Source of the DNA: Raillietiella orientalis
Taxonomy: Eukaryota
Direction: 5' to 3'
Assembly: GCA_036172245.1 (NCBI GenBank)
Contig: JAYWIR010000007.1
Coordinates: 806,001 to 870,000, forward strand
DNA length: 64,000 nt
Both the position numbers and the translations under genes were made by a program. Shown here piece by piece: positions 26,063 to 40,000 of this stretch; position 1 is the stretch's first letter; every line of letters begins with the position of its first letter. The notes under the pieces are model-generated. The model was not told where the DNA came from and ran no database searches. It was given only the letters and a program-made list of their open reading frames with translations.

Positions 26063-27084
26063 ATGCAAGTCATTAGGTGGTGAAAGTTTTCGATGCTTTA
26101 ATTTTAAGTAATTGATGGATTTTAAGACAAATATCAAATTTTTCGTATTAGTAGATTTCTTCAAGTTTGGGGTTTCATTGATTTTTTCTTATAAATTTCA
26201 GTTTTCAGCAAATAAATGCTTTGTTGGTAACTCCATTTAATCGATTAGTTCATCATGTTTGCCACATCTATATCAGGTCTGTTCACTTTTTACCCCTCCA
26301 AAATCATGGAAATTGAAAAAATACTAGGAAAGCTAACTATCATCATTATTCAAATGCTACAATGCTAGACATCTTGACGAAAGATTATGATATTTCCATC
26401 CAAGGAATTTCCAAATGGATTGAGAAAACACAGTGGAAACATATTTTAGACAAACAACGGTAACTTGAATTATTGTACTGTTTTTGACTCATTTGTGTTG
26501 TGTTATAGCCTTAATCCAGAAAGGGCAGCAATTCTTGGTTATGATTTAGCTGCTGCCCATGCTGTATTGCCTTGGGGGGGTTCCATCAAATTTTCTCATG
26601 AAAATAAATGGAGACATCAGAACAAAGATAAATCTTATGAGTTACCTCATAAATATGATCCAGTATACAAGTTGGAAAGCATTGATCTCACTAACATTAT
26701 GTTTACTTATGAAGGACTAGAAAATGTGGGTGAGTATTGTAATGTTGAATTTCAGAATGATTTTCCTTTCTCAATTATGTAGTGCCTTTAACTCATCTAA
26801 AGCACCTAATTCTAAAAGGAAATCCCTTGGTGGATGATTGGTTTTTAGATAGAATCAGTGGTGGTTTGAGATCGTGTTTAGAAATGTTGGATTTACGTCG
26901 ATGCCCAGCTATAACTAATAGAGGATTGGAATGTCTGTATCGTCTCAATAAGTTGAAATATTTGCATCTTGATGATAATTTACCAAATGCTAAGAATATC
27001 CAGTTGACTGTGTTGATGTTAGAAGAGTGCATACCCAATTTACAGATATTTGGTTTAAAAAAATTTGCCTTACCATATTGGTGA
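26063..27084 (+). CDS. DMAC2: Distal membrane-arm assembly complex protein 2 (ATP5S-like, LRR-containing mitochondrial complex I assembly factor)
   Basis: Exons ~26202-26276, 26328-26459, 26509-26729, 26783-27084, with 51, 49 and 53-nt introns. Peptide QRLNPERAAILGYDLAAAHAVLPWGGSIKF...LESIDLTN...TYEGLENV...GNPLVDDWFLDRI...LDLRRCPAITNRGLECLYRLNKLKYL matches the ATP5S/ATP5SL family. First exon unresolved (ATG at 26063 or 26115). Confidence 0.85.
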
Positions 27085-29799
27085 AGCTATAGTTTTTAAG
27101 TATGAGAAGTTACGGACTTTATTGGTGAAATAACAACAGTAAAACTGGTCTCATTCAAGTGTAAAATGCAGTTTTTCAAATCAGTGCAATGAATTTGTGA
27201 TTACTAGTAATTATGTTTAGTTACCTTAGTGATCATTAGGAATCACAGAATATATGAGCGTTTCTAAAAATCGATCTTGTAAAGAATAATTTGTGATTCA
27301 CTTGCCAAGTGCATGTGAAATGTTTGTTTATTAAGCATAAGTGTACACATGCATTAATCCATTTAGTTATTAGAAACCAATTTTCATTAGAATTTAAATC
27401 ATCTCTGAGTCGGTTTTAAAATGGTGAAACTTGGTCATTATAAGGGATAGGTAATCTTAAGTTCAGTGTTTTGCCTATTTGCTGATAATTGTAAACTGTT
27501 TACCGAAGCGTACTAGTGGTGTGTACACTTGCACGATTTGTAGTCACGTACGCGGTTGTTACAAACTTATTTGTGGTTGTAATGATCAAGGTCTTCTGGG
27601 AGCTGAGAATGCGAATGCTTAACATTCAAAGGAAAATTAAGGTGAAGTTTTCTAAAGTCTCTCATCATTTGCGTATTACTATTTTGAATGAGTAAATTCG
27701 GAACTTTCTCCCCCCCTCCCCCCCCAAAAAATGGCACATTTATTTTACATTATAAATTATGTTTACGCGCATTTCTTGGCCATGGAAAGAAAACTTCCAG
27801 ACCAGTTTCCTTAATTGTTTCTTATCATTATACGATCTTCATTTCCTGTTATTCTATTACTAGGATCCTGAAAAGACGAAATTGGACCAATATTTTGTTA
27901 GTTTCATGCAGAAGTGATGGAAATAATTGGGTAGAAGATCTCGACTACTTGCAAGTTCTCCGGATTCGTAGATTGCTTGAAAGCAGAATAAACAGAAGGC
28001 AATCACGACACCTTACATAACTGCAAGCAGTTATTTTTTCATAGAAAATGATCATTGTGTTCTGAATCGAAGTTTAAAGCAAGCCAAGCCGGAACGAGGG
28101 AGTGCAGCAGCGCAGTCGAGGCTTTGAAACTGTAGGAGAAAATGGGAATCTTCTTCTTAAAAAAAAAAAAAAAAGAAGAAGCAGTTATGTAAAAGAGGAA
28201 TGTCGGTAGTTTTCTAACATCTCCTTTCAACATAATGAACCACCATCTTTTCGTACCGAAAGCCTTAATAATCCAAGCATTTAAATGCCCGAGGGTGCTT
28301 CAACAAGGAGCTCATCATAGGGAACGTGGGAAAAGTAGGACTCGTTTTGGTAGCCAACTGCTCGCACATCTTAGCAACTTCCTCCCTTAAATAAGCATCG
28401 GAGACGAGAATTTGCTCGCAACCCTTTTAACGAGCAACTAAGCAAAAGGTAGTCAAACAAATACTACATGTGTAACGTATGGTTAAGTGATCGTGTACAC
28501 CAACTGTACGATACGGCCCGCTTGCTGAGCAGAGGTGATTCCGAGACCGTGTGACGAAAATCGGTGATCGAGGAAACATCTTTCGAAAGTGTCACTAACG
28601 TATGCACGTGTCCACGAATTAGTCGCCTGTGTACAAAGAATAGGTACGTTTCTCAGGGAAGGCCACTCGGGTGAGTACGCGTGTCGACGTCAGCTCGAGA
28701 AGTTGTGTTGCATTGCCACGCGGAATCGCGGACTTGCTAACCACGAAAAAAGCTCCATGTTGTCCAATGCAGAATTTGCTTGGCCACAGAAACTTTTCCT
28801 AAGGTGGTCACAGCAACATTTATCTCCTGCATGTTATTTGAAATGGGATGTTGCAATTCTGTGGTAGTTCTGTCCACGTGGCGATTTCAGATACAAAGTA
28901 ACCGTTATAGACAGTTCTCTAAAATTCCACTTTGTAAAAAAAAAAAAAAAAAAAAAAAGGAAAAGGAAAGGAAAGAAAAGAGAGGCCGACACAATGCCAT
29001 GCTCACTTTATTCGAGAACGCGAATGGCAAATCTTCGAATTACAATTCGATGTAATAAAAACGAAATGATTTCGCGCTCTTGCTAATGATCTGCTGTTTT
29101 CATCGAATGCAGCTTCCGTTTCTGTGAGCGGACTTTGTCATTTGATCATTTTTCGAACTTTAAACTACAAAAAGAGAAAGAAGGAACTAGGCACACCTGG
29201 GTGCTCAAATCCCATATTGGCAAATTTTGGCACTTCTACAAGTGTGACGGTAAATAGTTATCGTCTGTTTTCTGGATCGTCGTAATCAGTGCTTTCACCC
29301 TCATGGCCTGGATCAAGAGTTTATTTCACTTGTTAATGACAAGTTGGTAACTTACTAGCACATGAAGTAAAATGCTAACTAAACTTAAAGCACTGTTACT
29401 TTGAAGCCATAGATACCTGTATAAATAACAATCCTCGCAAATCGAGGCTCTCGTCATCATAATTTGTGTTCCTTCAGAATTTGTTATTGGATACTGTGAC
29501 TGCGAGCCATTGGAACGGTTTTCGCTGCCGAATATCTATGCTAAGTATTTTATGTTGTGGCTGAAATGCAAGATGGGATCATAAACCTTGCATATGGAAA
29601 AGTCTTATAAACTATTGCAGTGATAGTTGCATTTCGTACAGTCCGTGTTAAGACATTCTCCACACTTGCTAAAAAACATATGCGTGCCTGGGGTGGAACC
29701 AACGTTGCATGCACCCCAAATAAGCTGGCATCATATTTGTAATCCTATTCTCCATGCTTAGCGCAAATGTTTAGCTCAAATTAGGGATCCACAAGATTT

Positions 29800-30280
29800 T
29801 TCCACTTCAAGTATCCAACTTAGCAACGAGTTAGTGCGCAAGAGGTCAATGATGAGAGTTTATGCAGTGGAAAAATCCGCCGGAATATCAACAGATATGA
29901 ATGTGGCATGTATGTGGTACTTCTGTAGTTCAGCAAAGGTTTCTCCAAAAAGCGAATCCAAATGCTTCCAGTTAAGTTTTCTTTTTAGAAACAACTTAAC
30001 TGAGAAAATGGGTATTTGATTTCAGATTCGGCCGAAGCAGTTGGGAAACTAGATCCACAGGGCAAATATGCGAACTCCTTCAAAGGAGGAGGCGAACAGG
30101 ATTGCCACATTGCAAGCAGAACCTCAAATTTGATTTTTACTCGGAATAACCACATTAGAATGACTTTATCCATTGAAATTACTTTACGTAGTTTTCCCCT
30201 TTTCACATTCATCCTTTTTTTTTCTTCTTCTAGGAGGCATCTCATGAAGTTTCAGCAATGAATAAGTAGGAAAATTCGCA
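29800..30280 (-). mobile_element. Decayed Tx1-like AP-endonuclease relic
   Basis: Minus strand LFIAET, then GSACNVAILFASSF, then a GDF-like remnant (IPADF), in APE order. Confidence 0.45.
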
Positions 30281-32943
30281 GCTACTTTCATTCCTAATAC
30301 TCTGATACTTTCTTCTATAAGGTATTTTTTTATTTTTAAAACTGCTAAATAGTAGTTATGCTCCGTTTAAAAACAATCTATCGAGGCAGACTTTTAGTCT
30401 TTATAGCAAAGCAATTTGCGGCCAAGGCTCAAATTCTCATTTCATCTTACAAGAATGACCAGTCAAGGACATCAACTAACATAAATTGAATTTTTTCGGT
30501 GAACTGCGATAATCAGAAGACCTTAAAGAACGTGCATAAGATAAGTATGCGCAGACAATTGAACAGAAGTTTCGCTTTTCGGTGTAAACTAGCTGTTCTT
30601 CTCATTCCACCATACAGTCAATTTTCCCATCCAAATATTCGAGTAACTTCTGGAATGCCCTTCTGATATGGCATCGCGGATAACTAAAAAATTCCTTCAC
30701 GGTAAATTAGCCAGAAAATTTCAAATTGATTCAAATTACTAATTTTAAGTAACGAAATTTTTTAATTTAATTTCAAATTGATGGACCCTATGCTCTTGCT
30801 TTAATGTTTTTTTCAAAAAATGTATTTCTTTACTAGGTGATCCTATACTATGGATGATTCTTTTGCAACTCGCCAAAAAGATGTGAGAAGTGAAAATAAT
30901 TTTCAAATTGTTTAGTATTCAGATGACAATGTACCAACCGCTTAGGTATCTAAATAGATGACATTTCTGAGATAGCAACTTCCGAAAATATTTGATAAAT
31001 TTGCTCCACTCAGACAGTTCGTATTCCCTATGTTAAAAAAGATGGCAAATCAAACATTTCATTACTACTTTGGATAAATTTGAGCAAGTTACTAGAGATT
31101 TTTTTAAATAAATTAGCTCGTATTGTTTCTTGTTCTTGTGAAATTTACAGATTGAAATAAGGTGATTGCTAGCAAACTACGTACATTATTATGTTATCCT
31201 CTACAAGACCTCTACCAAGGAAGAGGCTTTCGTTTCGCGAGTGTTTACTTTGACAATCGTTTGATAGAAATAGAAACGTATTATTGTAGAACACTATAGG
31301 CATAAAATTAGGGTAAATATACGTGTGATTCATCATTTATACATGTTTCTTTCCTTACTGCTTTTATAAACCCAATTTCTAGTTCTCATATTGAACATCT
31401 TTACAAATCCATTATTTTCTCGTTTCCCCTTTCTTTGTAATTGTTAAGTATTTTGGAAAAGATACATGTTTCTGATTTTATGTAGTGAATTAAGTGTGTG
31501 CGGAAACTTGAATAGAGATGTAAAGTCAATTTTTATTATGTGCATCATTACATCAGATAGCAAAGTTCGTAGATTTTGGTTACAGTGGTTTTATTCGTGA
31601 ATTTACTTATGTTTTATTTTAAGTGTTGTACACATAAGCTAGATTTCAAGTTCAACATCAGCGGAATGAGTATTTTCTTAAACTGTTGCATGAAACTAAC
31701 AAATATATTTCATCAAGGAAAGATATAGATAACAACATGCATAGATAATGCACATTTGAGAACTTTTCATGTAAAAGAACTGATTCAGATTCATCTATAG
31801 CCATACTAGGCATATGAACTTTTTTAGAGACAAAATTTCATGCGAACCGAGAAACTAGCCAAAATTCAAGTCAACTCTGAATAGAGAGTTCTTTGAAGAA
31901 AAGAACTAAAAAGCCAGACTCTATTTACATCCGTAAGGTGTTTCTAGAGTTACTGATGATGACAACAGGAAACGGGAATTTCTGTTTGTCATGTCCTCTC
32001 TGCTCATGTTGTTGTTTTCTCATCTAAGGTGTCTGCTGGGGACGATCATGCTTCCATTCAATCACAGAATATTCTGAAAAAACTACATGTCAGATACGTC
32101 TAACAATCACAAGTTTTCAATAATGCCTCATGTATTTAAGTCTGAAATGCGCGTATTCCTTTTCAGAAATTATATTGATATAGTCTGTATCAACAGGATA
32201 TTCGTAGGTATGAAATATTTTTTAGGATAGGGTATTAAAGATAGAATTTTAATCCTTCCGCCCCCCCCCCCTCCCCACCCATTTTAGAATGGATGCTTAC
32301 TGTTTTGAAATGAGAATTATAGTTCCCTGCTCAGTTTCAGAGTTGCCTTATACCTTGAGTCTTTAAATTTAAATTGATTCCAATGCTTCCTTGGAGGATT
32401 GATAAACTTTACCTCTGATTTGCTTTCATCGTACAAAATGTCGAGTATCCAAAAATCATGAATTGATTATCTTTGTTCGTGAGAAACATAGGAATTCGTG
32501 AGAATTTCCATGTTTTTCAACAGACTGCAAGAAATCTAGCATGTTAGACATTATATCATCTGACTGATTTCTTAATGTGAGGCTGTTTCGAAATTGCAGA
32601 TTACTATATTTTATTTAACATAAACTGTATTAGGAAACTTTACTCTGATATTTAAGCAAACAAGAGACATGAGTTTAAGGATTCTTGAAGTTTTTCATAA
32701 TTTCGGGATTTTATGTGAATTTCTGAGAAATTAAAACCTCAAACAGATCTGTAGTATTGATATTGCAACATAAGCTGATGTGCCATCATCATCCTGTTTC
32801 TAAGTTAAGTTTTAATTCGCGGAGTTGGTTACAGTGCTATGTATGGCAAAAATTTGATAATTTATCGGTCAGTAATTGTATAGAAAAGTTTTCCAAATTT
32901 CAGCGAAATTTTTTGAACAGGTTTTTTTTATAATTATAATCAA

Positions 32944-35141
32944 ATGATAGATTTGTTCACAATATTTACCAAGGGTGGGATTGTACTATGGTGTATGCAG
33001 AAGAACAGTCAGTTTTTTACTCCTGCAGTGAATGCCCTCATACATGCTGTTATTTTGCAGGTATTTATTTATTGTTTATCTTGAGCCTTTTTTTATTCTG
33101 TGTCTGTTTTAAGGAAAAAGTTAGTTCAGAGCCTTTTATTCATTCTGGACTTCAACTAAATTACAAATTGGACAATGAATTTGAATTGGTATTTGTGGTG
33201 GCATTTCAGAAAATATTGCAGCTTTGTTACATAGATAAATTCCTAGATGATATTCAACTAGAATTTAGAGACAAGTATAAGGATGACCTGAAAAAGAATT
33301 TTTTCTTCAAGGTAGTTTGCTTTATTGTTTTGTTGTACTTAATAGAATTTGTTGAAGCAATATTCATTTTGTAACGAATATGAAAGGATTCTACATGATT
33401 GTGAAAACTGGGGTAAGATCCAAGAAAGTTTTCCTCGTAGTATGCGTACTTATCAGGAATCTGCAAAATCAAAAAAAACTGTAGCATCAATGATTGAGAG
33501 AAAATGTAATGATTCTAAAGATAAGAAAGTAGGTTGGTATTTGAAATACCTTTGCACATTTGTCTCACCTCCTGTAAAATTAAAAGAAATGCAGAAAGGA
33601 CCCAAAGTAGCAAATAAAGAAAAGCCTCAGATAGAGGCAGATGAGAATAAATTAAGGCTGGAGCTCAATCGTCAGAAAGTAATGCAGCGTTTACAGCCAA
33701 GAGGATCAAAGTCAAAGATAGAAAAACAGTATTTCATCCATTAAGTTTTATTTTATTCACCCATTCCATTTTTTATTTAAGGAAAAGTCCGAACATAAAG
33801 AAAGGAAAGGAAAATCGGAAATGGGATCTTTCTGGAAGCTCCAAAGATATGGACACTCTAGATTATTCTGTTCGAAATGGCATGCCTACTGAAGAAACTG
33901 ATCCCGTATCCACTTTGGGATGTGTGAATAATTTGGTGAGATGAACAAAATAAGTTTTCCAACAAATGTCAATCTAGAGTATGGGATATTCAAAAGGTGC
34001 AATTCAAGAACTAGAAGGAAGTTCTGAAGATGAAGGAGAAGAAGATACAGTAAATCATGTTCAGCATGTTCCTGTGAAAGAGAAAACTTCAAGAGGAATG
34101 TTTTCCATCTTCAGGTTTAACAATTGTCAAGTATAATTATAACAAAGTTGTGTACAGGGATTTGGTAGGCCCCAAAAGCATTACAAATGAGATAATGGAA
34201 CCCATCCTAGAAAAACTCAAGGAACATATGATATCCAAAAACGTAGCAACTGAAATTTCAGAGAAACTATGTAAGTCAGTTGCTGTGAAGTTGGAAGGAA
34301 AGGTTAGGACCGGATTAATAACCAGTGGTTGCAGCAGCATTGATTGTAGGTGTTAGGCACTTTTGAGAGCATAGCTGCCACCATTAAGAGTACACTGACT
34401 GAATCGCTAATACAGATTCTCTCTCCTAAACGGCACCTGGATATTCTTAGAGATGTACTGGAAGCCCAGGCTCAACATCGCCCATATGTCATAACTTTTT
34501 GTGGAGTCAATGGTGTAGGGAAGAGCACAAATTTAGCAAAAGTGTGCTTTTGGTTGCTAGAAAACAATCTTCGAGTAATGATTGCAGCTTGTGACACATT
34601 TCGAGCTGGAGCTGTTGAACAGCTGCGCACTCATGTTAAACATTTAAATGCCTTGCATTCACCAGAACAACATAATGGCATTAAAATGGTACAGCTTTTT
34701 GAAATGGGCTATGGGAAAGATGCAGCCAGTATTGCTGCTGAAGCTATTAGAGAAGCTAAAGAAGGAGGAATTGATGTTGTATTAATTGATACTGCTGGTC
34801 GCATGCAGAATAATGCACCTCTTATGCATGCATTGGCCAAGCTAGTGAGAATCAATAAGCCTGATCTTGTGTTATTTGTGGGTGAAGCACTAGTGGGAAA
34901 TGAGGCTACTGATCAGCTTACTAAATTTAATCAGTCCCTATCTGATTTCGGAGGAGAGGAACCACATCTGCTAGATGGAATCTTGCTTACGAAATTTGAT
35001 ACTATTGATGATAAAGTTGGAGCAGCTATATCAATGGCTTACATGACAGGACAACCTATTGTCTTTGTAGGTACAGGTCAGACCTACTCTGATCTTCGCA
35101 TTTTAAATGCAAACTCAGTTGTTAACACACTTATGAAATAA
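32944..35141 (+). CDS. SRPRA: Signal recognition particle receptor subunit alpha, 8 exons, ~619 aa
   Basis: Exons 32944-33060, 33114-33311, 33358(or 33346)-33532, 33587-33728, 33782-33935, 33978-34114, 34158-34302, 34350-35141. N-terminal SRX domain [17 protein letters not shown] and [21 protein letters not shown]. GTPase motifs [50 protein letters not shown]. Confidence 0.97.
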
Positions 35142-35142
35142 A
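35137..35142 (+). promoter_or_regulatory. Candidate SRPRA polyadenylation signal overlapping its stop codon
   Basis: ATG AAA TAA AA contains AATAAA. Confidence 0.5.
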
Positions 35143-35170
35143 AACTTTGTTAATATGCAAGTTATATTTG

Positions 35171-37004
35171 TCAATTCCAATGCCTCTGATTGCTGCTCGT
35201 AGTCGTTTTGGGAGAAGTATCTGAAGTATTTCTCTTAGGATTCTGTTGAGAAGTCATGCTTGAAAGGTGCATAGATGCAATTTGCTCAGGAGGCATTTGT
35301 ACCAAACCTCTTCCTCTGCCCATGGGTACTGATGTTTTTCTACTGCACAAAGATTTCCTCAGTTGAAAAATTCCTACCTCTTAATGTCAAAAAGTCACTA
35401 CGGCTTAAAGTCTTTTTGCTTTGCTGGGACTTCAACTGTACCTGCCTCTCAGGCACTACACTGGTACTGGGCATGGGAAACGGTTTGATTCGACCCTGAA
35501 GAAATGGAAATACGACTTAATTACTTGTGTATTTCCTTACCACTCCCGGATCCTGCAACAATTCAAATGGAGGTGCTTCATCTAAGACAGGACAATGATG
35601 ATGTGGCAACATGTCGAAGTCATATCTAAGACATAAGGCATCACTAAACAAGAAAGCCCATCTCCGAACTGTGTGCAAAGAACAGAACTGAAGTTGTACT
35701 GTATCATCTGTATAAAATAATCTTTCATGCCACTAATTGTGTTGGTGAGGTTAATGAACGTAATCAGTAGTTTATACCTTGCAGGCATTCTTCAAAGTAT
35801 AATCAAAAAGGGTTTTGTTAAGAACATCTTCTGCAAAGTTGGGAACTGCTGGTTCACAAGCAGCCTGTAATTCATTTAACAATTCAGCCACACTATATAC
35901 TCTGAGGACATGTGGCACACGGCGTTCTAAGTCATGTCTAATAGTAATATATTCATGTGAACAACTCACCTGAGCGCTCATATAGCCACTCTAACAAATA
36001 TTCACACTTCTCAATATCACTGGGTAATGTGTAGAATACTACAGAGTCAGGTCTTTGTCCACCCTATCAAATAATGCAATCGCACTTTCCTGATGGTGAT
36101 CTTTTACCTGATCAACAAATGATTTCATCCACATGTAGATGCCATCATAATTGTCACTAGCTTCTGGAAAATCATGCAATGGGATTCTATGAGTATTGTC
36201 AGAACGATCTTTCACAGTAAATGTATATGCAGACGGAATTTCTTCAGGTTTGATAAACAGTTGTGATGCACGAGTAATACCATGCTTCAAACTATATTCT
36301 AAGACAGCCACTTCTGCAGGTATATAATGTTTATCCTCGGTACAACAAAAAACATTAAAGTGAAGAAAATGAAATTTTTCTAGAACTATTGCTGCAAAGA
36401 ACCAAATTTAAGGGAAGACCAAAAGCAACCAATGGTACTTGAGTTTTTCAGTCCGTTATGAATCAAGCTTTTGATATGTTCACTCCTTTTGTCTTGTTTG
36501 ATTTCTGCCATTTTCTGTTCTTCTACTCGTGACTGAATTGTTCTTCCTGTGGAATCATATTTTAATATTGTTCCATCCAGATTCTTTTTGTGTGTCAGTG
36601 CTTTTTCTTTCCACTGAGTCTTTTCCTCTTGAGTCAGTTTCTAAATAAAAATTAGAAATCTGCTAATCATATAACAACCAACTTATCATTCATAAGTCTG
36701 CTTGATATTAAGGTACATATCATTCAGCTGTCCATGTGTGGCAAAACGAAAATACAAATATCGTACGTTTATAATGAAAGTGAATAATTTTAACATTCAA
36801 GTAACCAGTAAAATTAGAGAATCAAGGAAAAACGTGACAAATATCATTTCTTCCAAATACATTCCATATTACCTGCCATAAAGGATTTGCGGCATCTAAA
36901 ATACTCTGTGGATTATGTATCGGTTTCCCTTCACGCTTCAACAGTGGCTTAACATATTCCTGTGCAAATAACCAAAATGCGTTCACTGGATTTTTTTTGG
37001 GCAT
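35171..37004 (-). CDS. mael: Maelstrom (HMG box + MAEL domain), piRNA pathway, 8 exons, ~442 aa
   Basis: Exons 37004-36873, 36640-36439, 36391-36108, 36063-35970, 35926-35778, 35732-35541, 35495-35378, 35328-35171 (1329 nt, phases consistent). HMG box NAFWLFAQE...PLWQKLTQEEKTQWKEKA. MAEL domain YIPAEVAVLEYSLKHGI...FIKPEEIP...THRIP. Zn-binding ECHC residues PAE / ACKWHE / FCSL, then VRRWAFLFSDALC. C-terminal GRGRG. The last exon is the least certain. Confidence 0.92.
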
Positions 37005-40000
37005 TTTTAATACGAAAGTCTCTTATTATTAAGTTTATATATTCATGTTACGTAAAATGCATTTCACCAAATGACCTCCATCCCTTATAAATCACAAAAG
37101 GCGCTTTATACATGGCAATTTCAACCATCTGTACACTGCATATTACAAAAAAGCAAAATACACAGGGCATATGGGGGCTTCGAAGCTGCTCTTTTACATG
37201 CTGTGCACCAACTTTCTATGATTCTCAAACCATAATGAACTCACGTGAAATCTAATCCTTAACAAACAAATTGTTTCCATTTGCTGTGCAAACGCAAATT
37301 TTCACATTTTTTCCCTATATTAATAAAAACAGACTTCCCAACTTTTTACATGCAATGCTTTACTACAATCCCAGTTTTTCTATTGGGACAAATTGAATGC
37401 AAGCATTTTCACAGTTTCGTATTTTACCCAACGTTATCTCCGTGAAGTTTGTTTCCTGGAGTTTTCCCTCTAAAGCAGCCGCCAACTTTGGCCTACGAAC
37501 TGCTTCTTCGGAGGCACAGTGGAGCCTCGCACTCGTGTTACAAACCCCAGCTGGCATGCTCTATTTTATTTTCCTTTCAATCACATCTTCATACACAAAA
37601 AGAGATGCACGGCAAGCGTGGCATGAAAGTTCCACGACATGGGAACCCACAAAAGCTACGTGCACACCTCACTCTTCACCAACGCACTCCGAAAGCAACG
37701 CGCGCATCACAAAGTTCAAACTCGCAAGCAACGAAGCATCCAATTGCGCCCAGCCAGGAGGTGCCACCGCCACGCTTCCATGGAAACTACGCCGGGACGG
37801 TTGCTGGAGCCGCCTTAAGTAAGCTGCGCTGATCTCTGTCATTTACTGTAAACACATGACTTCTTGAAATTGGAAATTTAAATTCCATCTCAGACACTTC
37901 TCAGAACTCACTGCACGCGACACTGGGAAAACATGTGACCCATACAAGGTTACCGGGAACGAATTCTCAATAGGATTGACATGTTCAATACAAATACATT
38001 CAAAAAAGAGTTCACATTTCAGCTTTCCTTTCATTTACAAACAGAAAAAAACAGTAAAACACGCTCTGGATTTTTCAAGTTAGTTTTTAATAGGCAGCAT
38101 TTATCTGATGGACGAACACGCTTAAGATATGTATTTTGTTTTACTTATTTTTCTTGCTTTTTATAAATGAAAATATCAATTAAATTAATCCGGTAGTTTC
38201 TGAATTCTCCCTCCGATATATTATTAATTTTTAGCACATAGTAAAATAAAAATATTTCTGATTTTCGGAAGCGTTGTAAATTTTTGTCAAGTGGTGCTCC
38301 CTTTCCCATTCATTAAAAATATTTCAGTCCAAGAAAACAATAGTCAGAGAATCATATTTCGAACTTCCTTCGTACAAAATTAACGTTGAGGATAACTCCT
38401 TGACATTTAGAAGTTTGGGATTTCCTTAAGCGTTTAATGTATTTTATCGATGAGTTTTTTATGAACTTCAAAATGAACGTAAAAAAAACCACTCTTTCAG
38501 TCATAACATCTAATTTTAGTAACGACATCTGAATAGTATCATAAACGAGACCAAATAGGATTGAAACCATTTCTGTGCTATGCTGGAATTTGATTTGAAT
38601 CCTTAGTTATCTCAGGAAATTTCAAAAATGATAAATACTCATCTTTGTCAAGACTATATCAAGCATGGTGTTTTTAAGATATGTGGTCTATTGTCAGAAG
38701 CATAATCTGTTTTGTCTGTTGAAGATCATCCAACGAATAGCCCAGGCATCTTTGCAATCACAGATATTCGCATGACGAGAATGTTCCTACTAAGACTAAT
38801 TCAAACGATAAACATTAAATAATACAAAACAAATCACAACATTACTTCCTGATGATAATTTCTGATCTTCAAGTTTCAAGTCTTCGTTTTATGGAACCAG
38901 ACTAATTTACAATAATAAAATTACATTTGTTCTATATTCTGTAAAATGAGCAATTTTAGAAATGAAGAGTTTGGAGTTCGACATTCTCCAGAGTTTCACT
39001 TTTTCAGGAAAAGCTTAATTTAGCTTAATTTCATCATGGCGTCAAAAGTTTTTGATGACAAATGCAAGTAAACTACTTCCTTATTCAGGTATTTATAACT
39101 GCTGACATCTTTTCAGAATTAGAGTAGCAGAATGGACTAGTCGTTGAACAAGAACTCAGTGCCACATAAAGGTTTCCTGTAATATAAAAATCCAAATGAA
39201 TACAAGAATAAACAACAACGTTCTCGCAGCAAATGAGACGATTATTCGTTTTCGGGTATCTAGAAATACATACGAAGAAAAGCAGAGAGATGGACTTCGA
39301 GTATTTCTGTTAGCTTTAACTGTGTTGAGAATAAACTGAAGTTTTACTCCCCCTTTGGATTCAGATTCCATTTCACGTATTTCGAAATTAGCATCTTCCT
39401 CTAGTATCATGAATCTTTGCACTTCTGGGTAGATGAAATGCAAGCTGCTTCACCTTTTCAGTGTCACACGAAGGATGCTTTGTGTATCCACCAAGTAAGG
39501 ACAATAAAAGTTCATGTCTATAGTGAACATGAAGGCAGCACCTTTGCTCTAGTTTCAACAAGAACAACATCGGCTCCATAAAATCAGGAATTTTCATTGT
39601 TCTACGAGCCAGTCAACCATTCAAGAATTTCCATTCTTAAGGACGAAAAAGGGATCAGTAGACGAAAATGAATAACAAATGCAAAATCCTTCCTTGATCT
39701 GCCACTAGTCAGCATTGTGTTCCTCTACTAATAGACATGCATCTGGAAACGTGAAGCGATTGAATTAGATGAGGAAGAATAAGAAAATTGCGACTACACA
39801 GCCTTGTTGTGTTCTCACGAGATAAACACACAAGTGTGTATTTTATTTTCATTTTTTTTCAAAATCTAATGAACTGATGCAAGCTTGGGTTCAGCATTCA
39901 TAACTAGTTATGGAGGCATTAACCGAGTTCATCTTCGTTCTTTGTTTAAATGAGATCCTAAAAGCAAAAGTAAAGTGAGTCTTGAGGATCAAAGGAAAAA

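Noticed and set aside
35541..36391. Maelstrom with a restored DEDDh nuclease site
   Set aside because: The first strand reads FHFLHFNVF, lacking the acidic D-x-E pair. Only ECHC is present, as is usual in animals.
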